Part shown: one piece after another, positions 49,351-63,000 of the stretch
Position numbering within the stretch: the first letter of the stretch is position 1
Layout of the letters: each line of letters begins with the position of its first letter
From: Ascidiella aspersa
Lineage: Eukaryota
Assembly: GCA_963924565.1 (NCBI GenBank)
Contig: OZ004612.1
Location: 8,370,001-8,434,000, forward strand
Direction of reading: 5' to 3'
Length of the DNA: 64,000 bases
The notes under the pieces: model-generated
What the model was told of the DNA's origin: nothing
Database searches by the model: none
The model's input: only the letters and a program-made list of their open reading frames with translations
Translations under genes and position numbers: made by a program

Positions 49351-52300
49351 ATGGCAAAGGCAAGGCAGTCTTGGAGCAAAGCCATCGACTTTCTGTTCAC
49401 TGGCGTGGGTTACAGCATCGGATTAGGAAATGTTTGGCGTTTTCCTTATCTCTGTTTCAAAAACGGTGGAGGTTTGTAGTTATCTTATAAAGATTTTGAT
49501 TGGTTTCGAGTGTAATGTATTATGTTTTTTTATGCCCTTCAGACTTAAAATATATAGTAGTAATTTATTTTTATTCGAAATTTAAATCGTTACGTCAACG
49601 GTTTGGTGGACTAATGTAATTCACGTTACGGCATATATATTACTGTATTTAAGAGTTAACGGCAATCGTCTCGGTATTAGAAACTCCCGCAAGGATTTTC
49701 ATTTTATATTCATTGATGGAATTCTCAATTATTTTAGGCGCGATATAATATCACGAAAGGCCCAAAATCAGCAATTAGGCTCAATATCGTTTTTGTTTTG
49801 ATTTATTAACGTTTTGATATTGTATGCGCACAACCCTATATGTTATTGTATAGAACAGTGATGTTGTCAAACTATTGAAATTAATGCCATTTAGACTGAA
49901 AATTTTGCAAGAATTTTTACCATGGTCAGACTTATTGTAATTGTAATGGCCAAAGCAAATGCGCCTTCCGCTGAAAAATTTACATTTCGATCAGTGAATG
50001 ACGAAATCACTTAAAATTATTTGTCGTAGTTTAAAAACGTAGAATCAATTTGTTTTTCAGGCGCTTTCCTGATACCGTACCTTATTTTCGCCGCCGTTCT
50101 GGTTATCCCGATGTTGATATTGGACATAGGAATAGGTCAGCACAGCCAAGAGGGGCTTATTCAAACCTGGAGCAGAATTCCACTGTTTAAAGGTAGTATA
50201 GATGGTAATTTGCATACCTTGGGTGGTAAAAACTCAATGCCAGGTAGTCAAACTAAAAAGAAATACAGTTTTAATTTTGTAAGTATTTTGAGTTACATTT
50301 AATTATTTTTTTATAAACCAATTTATAATAACAATTATGTTTTCAAGTACATTAATACTTTCTACAGATTTTAGCAATAAAGGGAAATTTAATTAAATTA
50401 CATGGTTAAAACAATGAAATGTTCTTCTCCACTTAAATTATGCACCCTTATTCATAACCCTGAGTGGATTATCCATAACCCTGAGTGTATTTCATCCTTA
50501 TTTAGCTTTCTTTCGGCCAATTATTCCCAGTGGTGTAAAGGTGAAGCGACCACTAAAGAATATAAACAAGCATTACAGAAAAAAAAAACGTTCTAACAAA
50601 AAAACAAAGCTCGCTTTCCTCGCTTGGTTGTTAGAGGTCCAGCGGGGCTCCGTGAGATAAATTGTAGGAAAACACTGGTTTGAAAAATAGGCAGTCATAG
50701 GAGAAACGCTTTGCGATTCGTATAGGCTAAAATATCAAGTTTGTCTATAGGCATTGCACTGTCGCAATTTGTGATGCAATTTTACCTCAATTGCTTCTAC
50801 CCGATCCTTTTCACTTGGTCGCTGAAATACCTGGTCAACTCATTTTCGGCTGTCCTGCCCTGGTCCAGTTGCGACAACGATTGGAACACGGAGCAGTGCG
50901 TTACACCAAGCGATGTGAAAAACATCACTTTTGGCGAGAACTCAACTCTCGCAAGTTCAAACGGAACGGCTTCGGCCGCTGCAGAGTTTTGGAAGTAGGT
51001 GGTTCTTCACTGGTACAATGGTATGTTTCTTTTTCGGGCCAAGGGAGTGAACGCGGAAAATTTATATTTTAATGTACTTCTTGCTGGATAATAACTATCG
51101 TACGTGGACCAGCAATATAAGGCGTTAAATGGGAAATTGCTGGTTCATTTTTTACCAAATTTTATATCATACAAACCGGAGCGTATTAGTAAGGGTTTTA
51201 AAACGACAGACGATTGTACCCACATTTCGTATACGCGGAATAAACGCTTAAGAACATTTATCAACATTGCAAGGTAAGGCCATTTATTTTATTTGTTATT
51301 AACATTACAGGGCTGAGTCATTATTTCACTTTTTTTAACATTACAAGGCTAGGTCATTCATTTCATTTCTTATTAACATTACAAGGCTAGGTCATTTATT
51401 TTTTATTTTTTAATATTTCAAAGCTGTAGGTCATTTGCTTCATTTTTGATTAACATTACTAGGCTAGGTCATTTGTTTCATTGACATTACAGGAAAAAGT
51501 TATTCATTCGTTGCCCTCATGTACCTAGATACGAGGTTCTTGCTTTGTCTTCCGGCATTGACGAAGTTGGAAAATTTCGTGTGGATCTGCTCATCTATCT
51601 CTTTGTTCTTTGGATTCTATTCTATCTCTGCACGTTCAAAGGCATCAAGTGGTCTTCCAAGGTAAAGTGTAGCGACACACTTAAATACCTGACAAAATAA
51701 GAGCTGCCGATAGTCAGTCAGTTAAATCAAGAGGTAAATAGCATCATGTTAATATACATGATTGTGTCGAGACCAGTACATGTTTAAATATACCATGAAT
51801 ATGTTTTTTGAGTTATGTTCACAATGTTAGGTTTTAACTGAACAAACTACCTCGTTGCAAATATTACTGAACGTAATCTGTGTTTTTCCAAGTTAAAAAT
51901 CTATTTTTTTAATACCTTTTAGGTGGTGTACGTGACGGTGACACTTCCGTTTTTTCTTATCATCGTTATTCTCGTGCGAAGTGCAACGCTAGACGGAGCT
52001 ATTGATGGCATAAAGTTCTATCTTATACCTGAATTGGCAAAACTGAAAAACCCAGAGGTTCGTTCAACAATATTTAGTTCGAAAGTTGGCATTCAAAGGT
52101 TTAATTATTATGTTTATCGCAATCAGCATTTAAACGTGTTGCAATTCTTTGGCTGATAAAAAGAATGGCTTTAAAAAGTTTAGAGTAAAAGCATACGAAG
52201 CAAATTACAAATTTTATTAAACGTACCTGAAAGTTGATGTCGACTGAAGTCTTTATTAGCAGTCAATAAACACGATGATGGTTACAACAACTTAGTTCCT

Positions 52301-55300
52301 TATTCTTAATTCTAATAAAACAAACAAACAGAGGTTACCAACACTTAATCAACATAAAAATAAATATAAAACTTAACTTGCACCGCAACAAAAGTAGCTG
52401 TTAACAGAAACACGGTCACGTATGAAATGAAGGACACGAACGAGACACGTTTCTGCTAGAGGCAAAGCGCGCCACTAGGAGCAGTGTTTAATAAAAAAAA
52501 ACACTAAAAGGTTAACAGTACTTATAGAATTTATGTCCATAATTGAATTCGAAAGATCATACTTGTCTTGGTATTGTATCGGGTTATTTGATAAATTAAT
52601 AACAGGTATGGGTGAGCGCTTTGTCTCAGGTCGTCTACAGCAACGGGCCAGGACTTGGGGTCTGGGTGCTGCTGGGAAGCTACAACAAGTACAACCACAA
52701 TCTGTGGAGGCAAGTGAAAATTGTTTTAAATACAAGCTGGTGTTTTCGAGTGAAACGTATTTTCTAAAATATGCTGCCACTTTGTGAAATCTCAAACTTT
52801 TTTGTAAAGTTCCATAAATCTGTGGCGCAATGTCATCCGAAATATGGTCTATTTACTGCAATAAATGTCCTCTGGATGATTCATATTTCAACACTGAAAA
52901 TTTAAGAATATTTTCATGCATTAAGGCAGGGGTCGGGAACCTTTTTTAGACTGCGGACCGGTTTAAAACTGAAATTTTGTCAAGGACCGGCCTTAAAAAA
53001 ATAAATGTTCTGTAAAGGAAATTTATCACAACTTGTGTCCCAATTAAAATGCATGCGTTTATTCGAAAATTTTCTGTCTGAACATCAACATTGTTAATAA
53101 ACAATGTTTGCATGATTTAATTCTATTGCACTTTAGGGTGAGCACGCTTGAACTTTGAAAAAAACATTATATATGGCCCGTTTTTGATATATTGTACGTA
53201 CGAGGAGTTAGATTTTACAATAAAAAAAATCGGGTTTTGATGAAAATGTCATCTGGAAACCCTGCTACGGACCGGTAATGAACTCCTCGAGGACCGGTGC
53301 CGGTCCGCGGACCGGCGATTGCCAACCACTGCATTAAGGTATAAGTATTTTTCCTCAAAAGTATTTGTCCTTGGCTTAATGCACACACCAATTAAGCATA
53401 TCATGCAATAAATCGCTGTATTTCTTGTCATTTACACAGAGACTCATTTACAATTGTGATCATGAACCTGTTCACCAGTTTCACGGCGGGTTTTGCTGTT
53501 TTCTCGACTCTTGGATTTATGGCAAAATACCAGGTTAGAACTTGGCGCTTTTATTTTAACAGTTTCTGCTTTTTAACAGTTTCACCTTTAACGAAAACAA
53601 TCTTGTACTTTATAAGCTTGGCGAAATATTTTGGCTGAAATATGCGTGTTTTCGTCATACGAGGTCGCTTTAGTCCCATTTTTCTGAGTTAGGTTCTCAG
53701 TCACATGACGAGAGGCACTGTAGTGTATAACACAGGTCTGAACAATTCAATTGTTTGTATCGCTGTTTGGTGAACTTGGGACGCATCCAACGATAGGAAT
53801 TTTAATACTTTTTGTCTATTTGTTTATTTATTTGTTAATTTAAGAAATCATTAACAATTGCTGAATTTTTCGTGTCAATGAGTTCGAATACACATGTCAT
53901 GTGAAAATAATATCTGGAAGCATTTTGTAACTGAAATTAGTTTAAATTCAAAGCGGAAACTTATGTGCAACGCCCTTGGAAATTTAACCGACAGGTCATG
54001 GTATTTTGACGCACTGTTTATTAACTTTTGGGTTACGAGACCATAGTCGTACAGGCCTTGAGCGCACAAATCGATTATAACAAATTAAAGCTCAAGAGTG
54101 TATATATTTATATCCCAAAAGTAAAGAAAAACATGTTAGATTGAATTGCGTGCCTTTGGCGGACATTCACACAAAGATTAATCTTTTGCTCATGATTAGA
54201 CAAAGCTTTGTCTTTTTGAATAGTTAATGTAATACACATTAAGAGGAATATCTTAGCAGTGCATGGATTTAATGTTATCTGAGACTAACTTATCGCTTTT
54301 ACCTTTAAGAACACAACGATAGAGCAAGTGGCATCCTCCGGACCTGGACTCGCATTCATCGTTTATCCGGAAGCGATGTCCCTGCTTCCTCTTCCTCAAC
54401 TATGGAGCGTTCTCTTCTTCGTAATGATTATCTTCCTGGGATTCGACACACAGGTGATTGGTTTACCTCTCGACCAACTTCATTTGGCTTGGAGCGTTCA
54501 GTATTTTAAAAATTAAACTGTTCCCGGTTGCGGCAATAATAAGTTGCTATCTTTTACATACTTTACTTATATGATTGCAAAGCTGAACCCTATAAGTATA
54601 TTGCAGGCAAAACCTTTTGACTTGCACATAGCAAAATACTTTGTACAGCGAAAAGTTCTACTAAATATAAAAATCATATTTATATTTAAGCCGAAAAAGG
54701 GGAGCTAAGTTTGCTTAACACTAAGAAGTACATAAAGCCACACTCAGGAATGTGTTATGGCTTAGGAAACGTTTGTTTTGCGAGCTTTCTTGTCACTTTT
54801 AATGTACCGACAAGCTATCAACGTATGCTTTACAAACTGAAATGAATAGCGGAAACTGCAACGTGAAATTTGATCCCCTGTTTTCAAATTATTGACGCCG
54901 CAGCTTTGTATGCCGTGCTCTGTATAAGTTGTGCTATTTTTGGAAACTCGACGCTTTTGCTAAATAGTTACTGTATTTGAACAATATTGAAACACAGTTT
55001 ACTTTTCCTTGCAGTTTGTCACGTTGGAAACTTTCGTCACACTGGTAACCGACAACTGGTCAGTTGCAAAGAATCATCGCTACGGTAGAGAGATTTCTCA
55101 GGCGATTTTCGGCATCATACTTTGTCTTGGCGCATTACCGATGGTGACAAACGTAAGTGCTTGTTCATAAGGAACATCTAGCGCAAGGGTCTCAAACTCA
55201 AATTGCTCTGAGGGCCAAATGAGGACGTGTAAAATGCCCAAGGGCCGCAATTTACAATAAATAAGAACACAATAAAATATAAACACGTGTAGGCTGATTT

Positions 55301-57993
55301 TAGGCTATAGTTACTTGTTCTGGCTACTTTACTGGCAGCGTTTATCAAGGACAGGGATATCGATATTGGGCTTCAAATTGTCAGCAGAAACAAATCTTAG
55401 AGTTGCTTGCAGATGTGGACTGCCTAATATTGGCAAAGAAAATTCTTTGTTTGCAAAGTGCTGGTTTAACTTTATATTTTTTTACTTTGCCCTGGTAAGC
55501 ATATTATTTATCGCGGTGCATTGTTTCGAAGTGCAAACCCTTGTTATACTTCTTCATAACAGAGATCTTCTGCCGGCTAATAAGGCAATAACTAGTACCT
55601 CTGACCGCGGTGACAAAATATAACTCCTCCCACTTATCTTGAAAAACTTTTCCTTCGTCTGTGATTTTTCTCATTTTTGAAGCAAAAGACAAGTGTAATT
55701 TAGCTTTTTAAGCTATAGAAATTTATTTCAATACTAGGCTAGAACAATCAAAGCCTACAACTCGACAATGAACAACTGTACAGAGTTGAATAGGCAATGT
55801 GACGTAATAGTAGATCTTTTACCGCATAAATGGTAGCGTTTGAAAGTGATATGACAGTGAAGTTTGGTGAGTATAGTTTCAGTTTTTTGAAGCAATTTTA
55901 GAGTGAATTTTTACTTTAAATCTGATAAAAAAAGATATGTGGCACTTAAATATTGTTAAATACTTGGAAATCCAAAATTTTTACACGGGCCGCACAAAAT
56001 GTTCTCGCGGGCCGCATGCGGCCCGCGGGCCGCGTGTTTGAGACCCTTGATCTAGCGTTTGCAAACACTGACTAAAAATTACTTAAACACAAATTCCAAT
56101 CGCAGTTTTCGCAGTAATTCATTCATCGCTAATTAAGCTTCAATTGTACCGATGATTACACACGTGTATGTGCTTTCTCATGAAGACATTTTGGCACTAT
56201 GTTACAAATTGTGCAAAAGGTTCTCTGACACATAAAACTAAAGCAAGCCTTTGCTAAGGTCTTGTTGGACACACTGGACTGAATAATTACCCTTGTTGCA
56301 ATGCAGTGAAAAACATTTATTTTTGTTTTGTTATAATTCACCAAAAATAAAATCCGCAAAAACTTACATTCAGGGCGGAGCTTACGTGTTCGAAATCTTC
56401 AACCAGTATGCGGCAGCTGGATGGTGCTGGTTCCTTATTGCTGGTTGCGAGTGCGTAGCGGTGGGATGGTTTTACGACTTCGATCGATTCTGGTCCAATC
56501 TGGTCGATATGGTCGGTCAACGGCCAGGACGGATTTGGCTCAAGCTGTCAATCAAGTACCTTGCTCCCATGACTTGCTTCGTAAGAGTCTGCTATGATTA
56601 CATTGAAATCATAAACGAATCAAGTCTAGCTTTTCTTTTAGAAACATTTTGGCTTTGAGAGAGTGTCAACAGAAATGTCATATCGTTAGTCTAAAACCTC
56701 TATTAGAAGCCATGCGAAGACGTAATCACAAAAACTAATTGAAAGTTCTATGACTTGACTAGTCTTAGGAACACTAAACACGGATCTGTTGATTATCTTC
56801 AGTAGAAAGAGAGTGGCCCAAATAATAGATAAAAGATTCATTCTTTTATTAGCAAACGTTTCGGCAATTTCTTTTGCTTACTGACTGCACTGATGATGGC
56901 AAAAGAAATTGCCGAAACGTTTGCTAATAAAAGAATGAATCTTTTATCTATTATTTGGGCCACTCTCTTTCTATTGACTAGTCTTATTATACTTATGGCT
57001 TTGTCTATTTACACTTAGGACTTGACGTATCACTCGATGATAAACATATTTCTTTACAGTGAAATACGATCTAATACTGCCTTGTCCACTGTGTTAAAAA
57101 ACAACCTAAAACATGCTTTCTCCTGTTATAGGGTAAAAAAAAACTGTTTAAATTTATAAGTTTTTACTTATAAATGTATGAGTATTAGACAAGATTTGGT
57201 CAAACATATATTATTTCCATTTTACACAGGCCTTTTCGGTCTACCTTATGTCAGGGATCAAACCCCTCAAATACAACAACTATCTGTATCCTGATTGGGC
57301 GCAGGCGATCGGGCAAGTCATAAGCGTCAGCACGACAATCTTCATTCCTGGATTTGCCATATTCGCACTGATTAAAGCTTGGTTGAACGGATCGTCGTTA
57401 ACCCTGGTAAGACGTTTGGAAATTTTATTGTTTGAGATTAAATGTTGTTATATAATTAAAATTGCAGCGAAGAACTCGCTGTTAGCGCAATGTTGGCTTT
57501 ATGCAATACTGAATAGCAGCAAAAAGAGAAAATTTTACTGTGGACGAACTACTATTTTTTAGGTTTGGCAGAAATAAGCAGGCAGGTTGGTATGGAACGT
57601 CTGAATGGTCCGCCAAATGTTGTAAATATCAACTTGAAATGTGCTTCTAATGGATAACAGTTGTTGTTTTTCTTTCGTGGAACTATTAGCCATATGAGTT
57701 ATAGAATTTAATTGAGATAAAACATAAGTTTGAAGCACACGACTATTGCAGAAATGAAAATATGTTTTCGATAGAAACGGGATCAAGCATTGTAGGTTCA
57801 AAGTACCTTAGTGAGGGCCACTACTTTAAGGAAAGATAAATCAGTAGTTGTTTGTAACAATATTTGCTTAATTTTAAAGATTCTTCGCAAGCCTGATAAC
57901 GAGAGAAAGCATCAAAGATCAGCAACAGGAAAAGCGGAAGAGGAATTTCTTGAGATGAAATCAGGAGACGACGATTTTACGATGACTTTTTAG
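49351..57993 (+). CDS. SLC6 transporter paralog B (~580 aa)
   Basis: Exons 49351-49471, 50061-50192, 50751-50994, 51529-51661, 51923-52057, 52606-52709, 53440-53533, 54310-54453, 55015-55152, 56374-56580, 57230-57406 and 57880-57993. Exons 1-11 have the same sizes as in paralog A. Confidence 0.93.
51260..51505. repeat. Intronic minisatellite (~36-38 bp unit AACATTACAAGGCTAGGTCATTT...)
   Basis: About 6-7 degenerate tandem copies ending just before the exon 4 acceptor of paralog B. Confidence 0.8.
52927..53331. mobile_element. hAT-like MITE
   Basis: CAGGGGT...ACCACTG; exact 8-bp TSD CATTAAGG; GGACCGG subterminal repeats. Confidence 0.85.
55184..56049 (-). mobile_element. Internally deleted Buster/SPIN-type hAT element
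   Basis: CAAGGGTCTCAAAC TIRs and exact TSD ATCTAGCG. The minus-strand remnant [19 protein letters not shown]...CLI....VMKKYN..HFETMH matches the SPIN/GTF2IRD2-type N-terminal zinc-finger region. Confidence 0.85.
56768..56973. mobile_element. Penelope-like pseudo-LTR remnant in inverted configuration
   Basis: Perfect 75-bp inverted arms 56803-56877 and 56899-56973; flanking 13-bp direct repeat TTGACTAGTCTTA; hammerhead core followed by AATAAA. Confidence 0.6.
56885..56925 (+). ncRNA. Minimal type I hammerhead ribozyme motif
   Basis: gca-CUGAUGA-(U)GGCAA-aagaaa-UUGCC-GAAA-CG-UU-ugc. Confidence 0.55.
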
Positions 57994-59000
57994 AATTATG
58001 TGGAATGCCTGTCATTCGGCAAAGAAGTAGTTCAGTTAGTCCAGCAGTGTTTAACTTGACAAAGGTCACTGGACCACAAGCTTTTTTATCTTCAAAACTG
58101 CTGCACTTCGATTATTATTAGATAAATCGCTTTAAATAAAAATGAAACGGTGAATATACCACATATTGAATTGCAGGATATAAAAGTATTCAAATCAATA
58201 TATAACTAACATCATTTTAGTTTCTACTAAGAAGGTCAAAATGATACCTATACTCCAGTACTCCAGTTATAAGTTGAGATCAGTTCCATTTACTTAACTT
58301 CACAAAATATGTAATTTCTTTTTGTAAGTGAGCTACATTTCGGTGGATGGATCTGTGTTTTATACCATAAACGGATAGGTTTACTAAAAGTAAATTGCCT
58401 CATCCAGATTACTTCTCGGTGATTTTTGTAAATCGTTTGTCTTGAATCTAGCATGATTACCGCCGCATTTTAATGTACCAGAAAGAAACAAACTTTATGC
58501 TAGGTTGCTTGGTTTTATCCTACCATTAATATACAACAACTGGAGTGGGGGTGCAAAAAGCTTTCACAAAGCGTTGGCGCTAAATAATTGAAATTTCGGC
58601 TTACTTTAGGAGCGAAGTCCTTTATAAAAACAATTCTACAGTTTTTTTTATTTATTCTATGAGGGACTGTTTGCCCGATTTCGCATAGCTGGTCGATTTA
58701 TTTTGCAATTAATATTTTGCATATTATCCAGCAAACTTAGGAAAATTACACTTTGTTGGTCTTCATTGGTCAATTTGATCCTAAATAGGCTAAACAAGTG
58801 ACTGGCGGCAACGGAGTTTACATTTATAATAATCAGTGGGGTGCAATTTAATTTGTTAATAACATAAGCTCAAATTCAGCATTGTGAATGATTAGAAATT
58901 GACTATAGTTTGTCTATGCATAGAGAAGTTGGACACGGTTCGATTTTGATTTTTTGCCTGAATATAGACTCTATCAGTCTATAGTCTTCTCGTCCTAGAC

Positions 59001-59327
59001 CAGTGGTTCCCAACCTTATTTCTTTCGTGGTCCATTTACGTTGCAAATAAATTCTGTGGCCCAATAAAATTTTTATGATAGAAAAAACTGTAAAATAGGT
59101 TTAGAACAAAACACAACAGAGCATATTTTAAAGCAGATTATCTGTTCAACTGTGCATTTGTGACATACTTGCGGCTATATAAGAAATTTACATTCATTTT
59201 TTATTCCTCCCCAAGCCATTATTCCTGTAAAATTAAATATAGTGACACAAATGAAACCAAATCTAGCTTTTTTTAAATTGGTCTGTGGCCCACCAGTGAG
59301 CCATGGCCCACTGGTTGAGAACCGCTG
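59001..59327. mobile_element. hAT-like MITE
   Basis: CAGTGGTTCCCAACC...GGTTGAGAACCGCTG; flanks TCCTAGAC/GCTTAGAC. Confidence 0.75.
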
Positions 59328-60003
59328 GCTTAGACAACTCTAGGAAAACAATTCGATTTAAAAAAAGAAACCGTCGCGACAACAGGGTTAGTAAAAGTAG
59401 GCCGCTATGTTAAATGGTTGATATGTCAGAACTTGTCTATTGTTCGTAACGAAGTTTTAAACTTTCTTTATGATTATTAACTATATAGAGAGACGCACCT
59501 TACATTTAGTAGTCATAAAGCTGAGGAAACACTGCCAATTTAGTGTCTTAGTGATCATGGTAATCAATACAACATGGCACACAACACAAAATTTGAACAT
59601 ACAAGTCAAATTGGCGAGTATGCATTGTGTAAATGAAGCATCTATGGAAAAGGGTATTACCTTAAAGTTCTTTCACGTTGTTAGGTTTATTTTAATTAAA
59701 AGTATGCTTTTCGCCTACCCCAGTTAACCCAAAAAATACTTACGCCTATACTGTACTGTATATAAACTTATCTAATAGTTGCTACAACACTGTAGGGGGA
59801 ATCAAAAATTAATCAAATAATGTCAGGCACCTTTTAGCACGCATAAACGATTTCTATTGGCTATGATTTATTATCTTTTGTGACAAAGCCAACTAAGCAA
59901 CTTTGCAAAACCATTGAACTGGCTCAAATTATTCATTCCAAGAAGGAAATCTCCGGCTCATAAAAATATGAGCTTTCTTTAGACGGCCATGATCGACAAT
60001 ATC

Positions 60004-63000
60004 CTAAAACGATATCTTTATGTCTTCGCTCGCCGACTTTAGCTCGAGAAATTCCTCGCAGTCTTCTTTCTTCGTTGGCGCTCCATGGCGTTTTATTTCC
60101 ATATCAGGCCTGCGCAGAACCTTCGAAGTAGATACAGTTTGAAATAGGCTACTGATAAGAAACAAAAACAAAGATTTATTTGCTAGTTAACCTAATAACA
60201 TGTAACATGGATTTTGGTACAAGATAAATTATAGTAGGAAAAGTTAGCAATTAATCTCTTTTACGTTAACAAAATGTCTTGTTATTAAAAAGTTGTGAGC
60301 ATTAACCTTATTTATCCCATCTAAATTAATATTTTATTTCAGAAAAATGAGCCGTTTCTCAAACGGTATTACGAAAAGCCGCAAGCAGTGAATACACTAA
60401 TTGCCATTTTCAAGCAAATTTGTCAGACGTACAAAAAACATAAAGTTATTAATTTTCTTTTATGATGGTAGGTAACGATGTGAGGTTTATTCAAAACGCT
60501 TGTATTTAACAAAGTATAGGATCGCCATGGAGTCGGATTCGTTCGATTGTCAAGCAAAAAAAGTGTTGTCGAAAAAAAGTGTTGTCGACTTAGTTCAGAA
60601 TGAAAAATTCCAAAACATCATTAACAGTACAGAATTACCACGCTCTGCATACCATGAATTACCACGAGGTCAAAAAATGAACGGCAGAATAATTTAGCTT
60701 TATTCCATTCTATAAGTTTCTTTTAACTATTGAAAGACCTTAGTAGTTGTGAGGTTAATGCGTTATAGGCTCCATTATAATATCATGTTCTGAACAGCAT
60801 GGTCCAACTTCTTTTCATCGCGGGCCAAAAACATTTTTTTTTATCCTGCGGGCCAATGTCTTTAAATAGCGATTCTTATATAGGCTTATTGCTGACAAAT
60901 TATACATAGCCTATGGCAGTGGTTTTTAGCCTTTTCACAGCCGCACCTCCTTTGGTAATTTTCCAATGCCTTTCGCCCCCCTACAAAAAGCAATTCGGAA
61001 TTTTCAATTAAATATCACTTAGACAATTTGAAAATAGTAAAGCGTGTTGTAATAGTAAAGCGTGCAATTTTTTAGTTTAATTGGTTGAATTGGCGCTAGA
61101 CTGTAAATTCAGGAGGCTTTTCGCATATAGGCCACACGATAAATTGCTCGTGCTCGACACATTGATTTAAACAGTAAGGTATCTTGTTTCAAAAGATCAC
61201 CAGGTTAAGAACCGCTGGCCTATGGCATAACTTTATGAAATGTACACCCTTGTTCAGCTACGGTAGTTATGAAATGACAAAGGATCATTTACGAAGTTTT
61301 TTTGTTCATTGCAATAACAAAAATTGAAGTGATATTGCTAGATTGCAGCAAAGCTGACTATCAGTTCACGGGCCAAAACAGCGGAGCTCGCGGGCCAACT
61401 TTGGCCCGCGGGCCTGCAGTTGGACCACACTGTTCTGGAATATACTTCATAGGCCGTATATACGAATTGCATTGCAGGCCTCTAACCTACTTTGTAGCGG
61501 CGGAAAGGGAATTAAATTTTTTGTTTTATTTAAAACTTACATGAACATTAAAATTGATTGAAAAACAATTAATTTTCAAATAGGCTAAAAAGATCATACG
61601 TCCCTTTTTATTATGCTGCTTTATTAATTGAGGACCACAATATAACTATTGAAAAACATACAAGAACAAAAGTATTAGCGGCGATCAGGGCAATCCACAT
61701 ATTCAACTTTAACACAACTTACAAATTGCGCAACCAAATGCACAGCATCCACAATACATTTTGGAAGTTGTGATTTGTTGATAGTTTACATTCGTGTGGA
61801 ATTACTTCCGCTTTCTGCTTCCGTCAACCATCGAATTTAAGCTGTTACGAGCTACCGCAGCAATTGTTGCATGGTTGTTTTATATGAAAGCAATAGCGCA
61901 ACAAAAGGCTATGGTAGGCGAGGAGTTAGAATTTGCCTTACGTCCAAAATTACCTTTGGCGGTAACTTAAGGTAAATCGCTTTCTACCTTATACTGTGGT
62001 TATTCTTATAAACTAAAGATTTACGTGGTAAAAGATGACCTCAACTTAGCAGTTTCCTAAACGGCGATGCAGACTTTTAAAATTAAAAAACTTTGAACCA
62101 GGAAAATTTTAATAAACGAAAAAATTGTTTGTTTAGGCAGCTTTACTAGTTATTAGCAAGCGTTTGGCTTTTTACGTTACCTTAACTAAGCTATACCAGA
62201 AGAAAGAAAAAGGAAGCAATATTGTCAGCAAAGGTTTCTAAAGGTAACTTTATCCAAACACTGAAAAATAACACTCGATTCTACCACTTTGCGCAACTGT
62301 GCATACGACTAACCTTGGTTAACGGCGATCCGTTCAGACAAGCTTTAATCAGCACATAGATGGCAAAGCCGGGAATGAAGATTGTCGTGCTGACGCTTAT
62401 GACTTGCCCGATGGCCTGCGCCCAATCAGGATACAGATAGTCGTTGTATTTCAGGGGTTTGATTCCTGACATAAGGTAGATGGAAAAAGCCTGAAAATAA
62501 ATTATGTAATAATTAGGAAATTTCAGCCAACTTTTAGAATGTTTGAGAACATTTGCGACAAATAATAGCTAAATGCAAAATAAGGTTACATAACCTAATC
62601 CAGTATAGCACAGGATTAGGCATGGATACGAAAAGAACATTGTAGATCAATATGGAACTTTACAAAAGCAAACGAAGCAAATAACAAGATACAAAAACCA
62701 TATAAAAGGTATTGACAGCAAAAGTAGAACAGTAATACTCACCCTTCTATATGGGTATACTTGCATAAATATATCGGCTGAGCTAAAAAAAGATAAACTT
62801 CGTCTTGGTCATCATATTGCATTTAAGTTACATTAGATATGTTTGATAAGGTTTAAACACATTTATATCAGGCATCCTTCACAGTTATAGTTATCACCTA
62901 TTGATTTACAAACGCTATAGCGTTTGAGTGTTTGACAGAGTCTTTAAGCAACTTTATTTCTTAGCATCCCGTACTGCGTGTTCGTTTGTTTAGCTGATTG

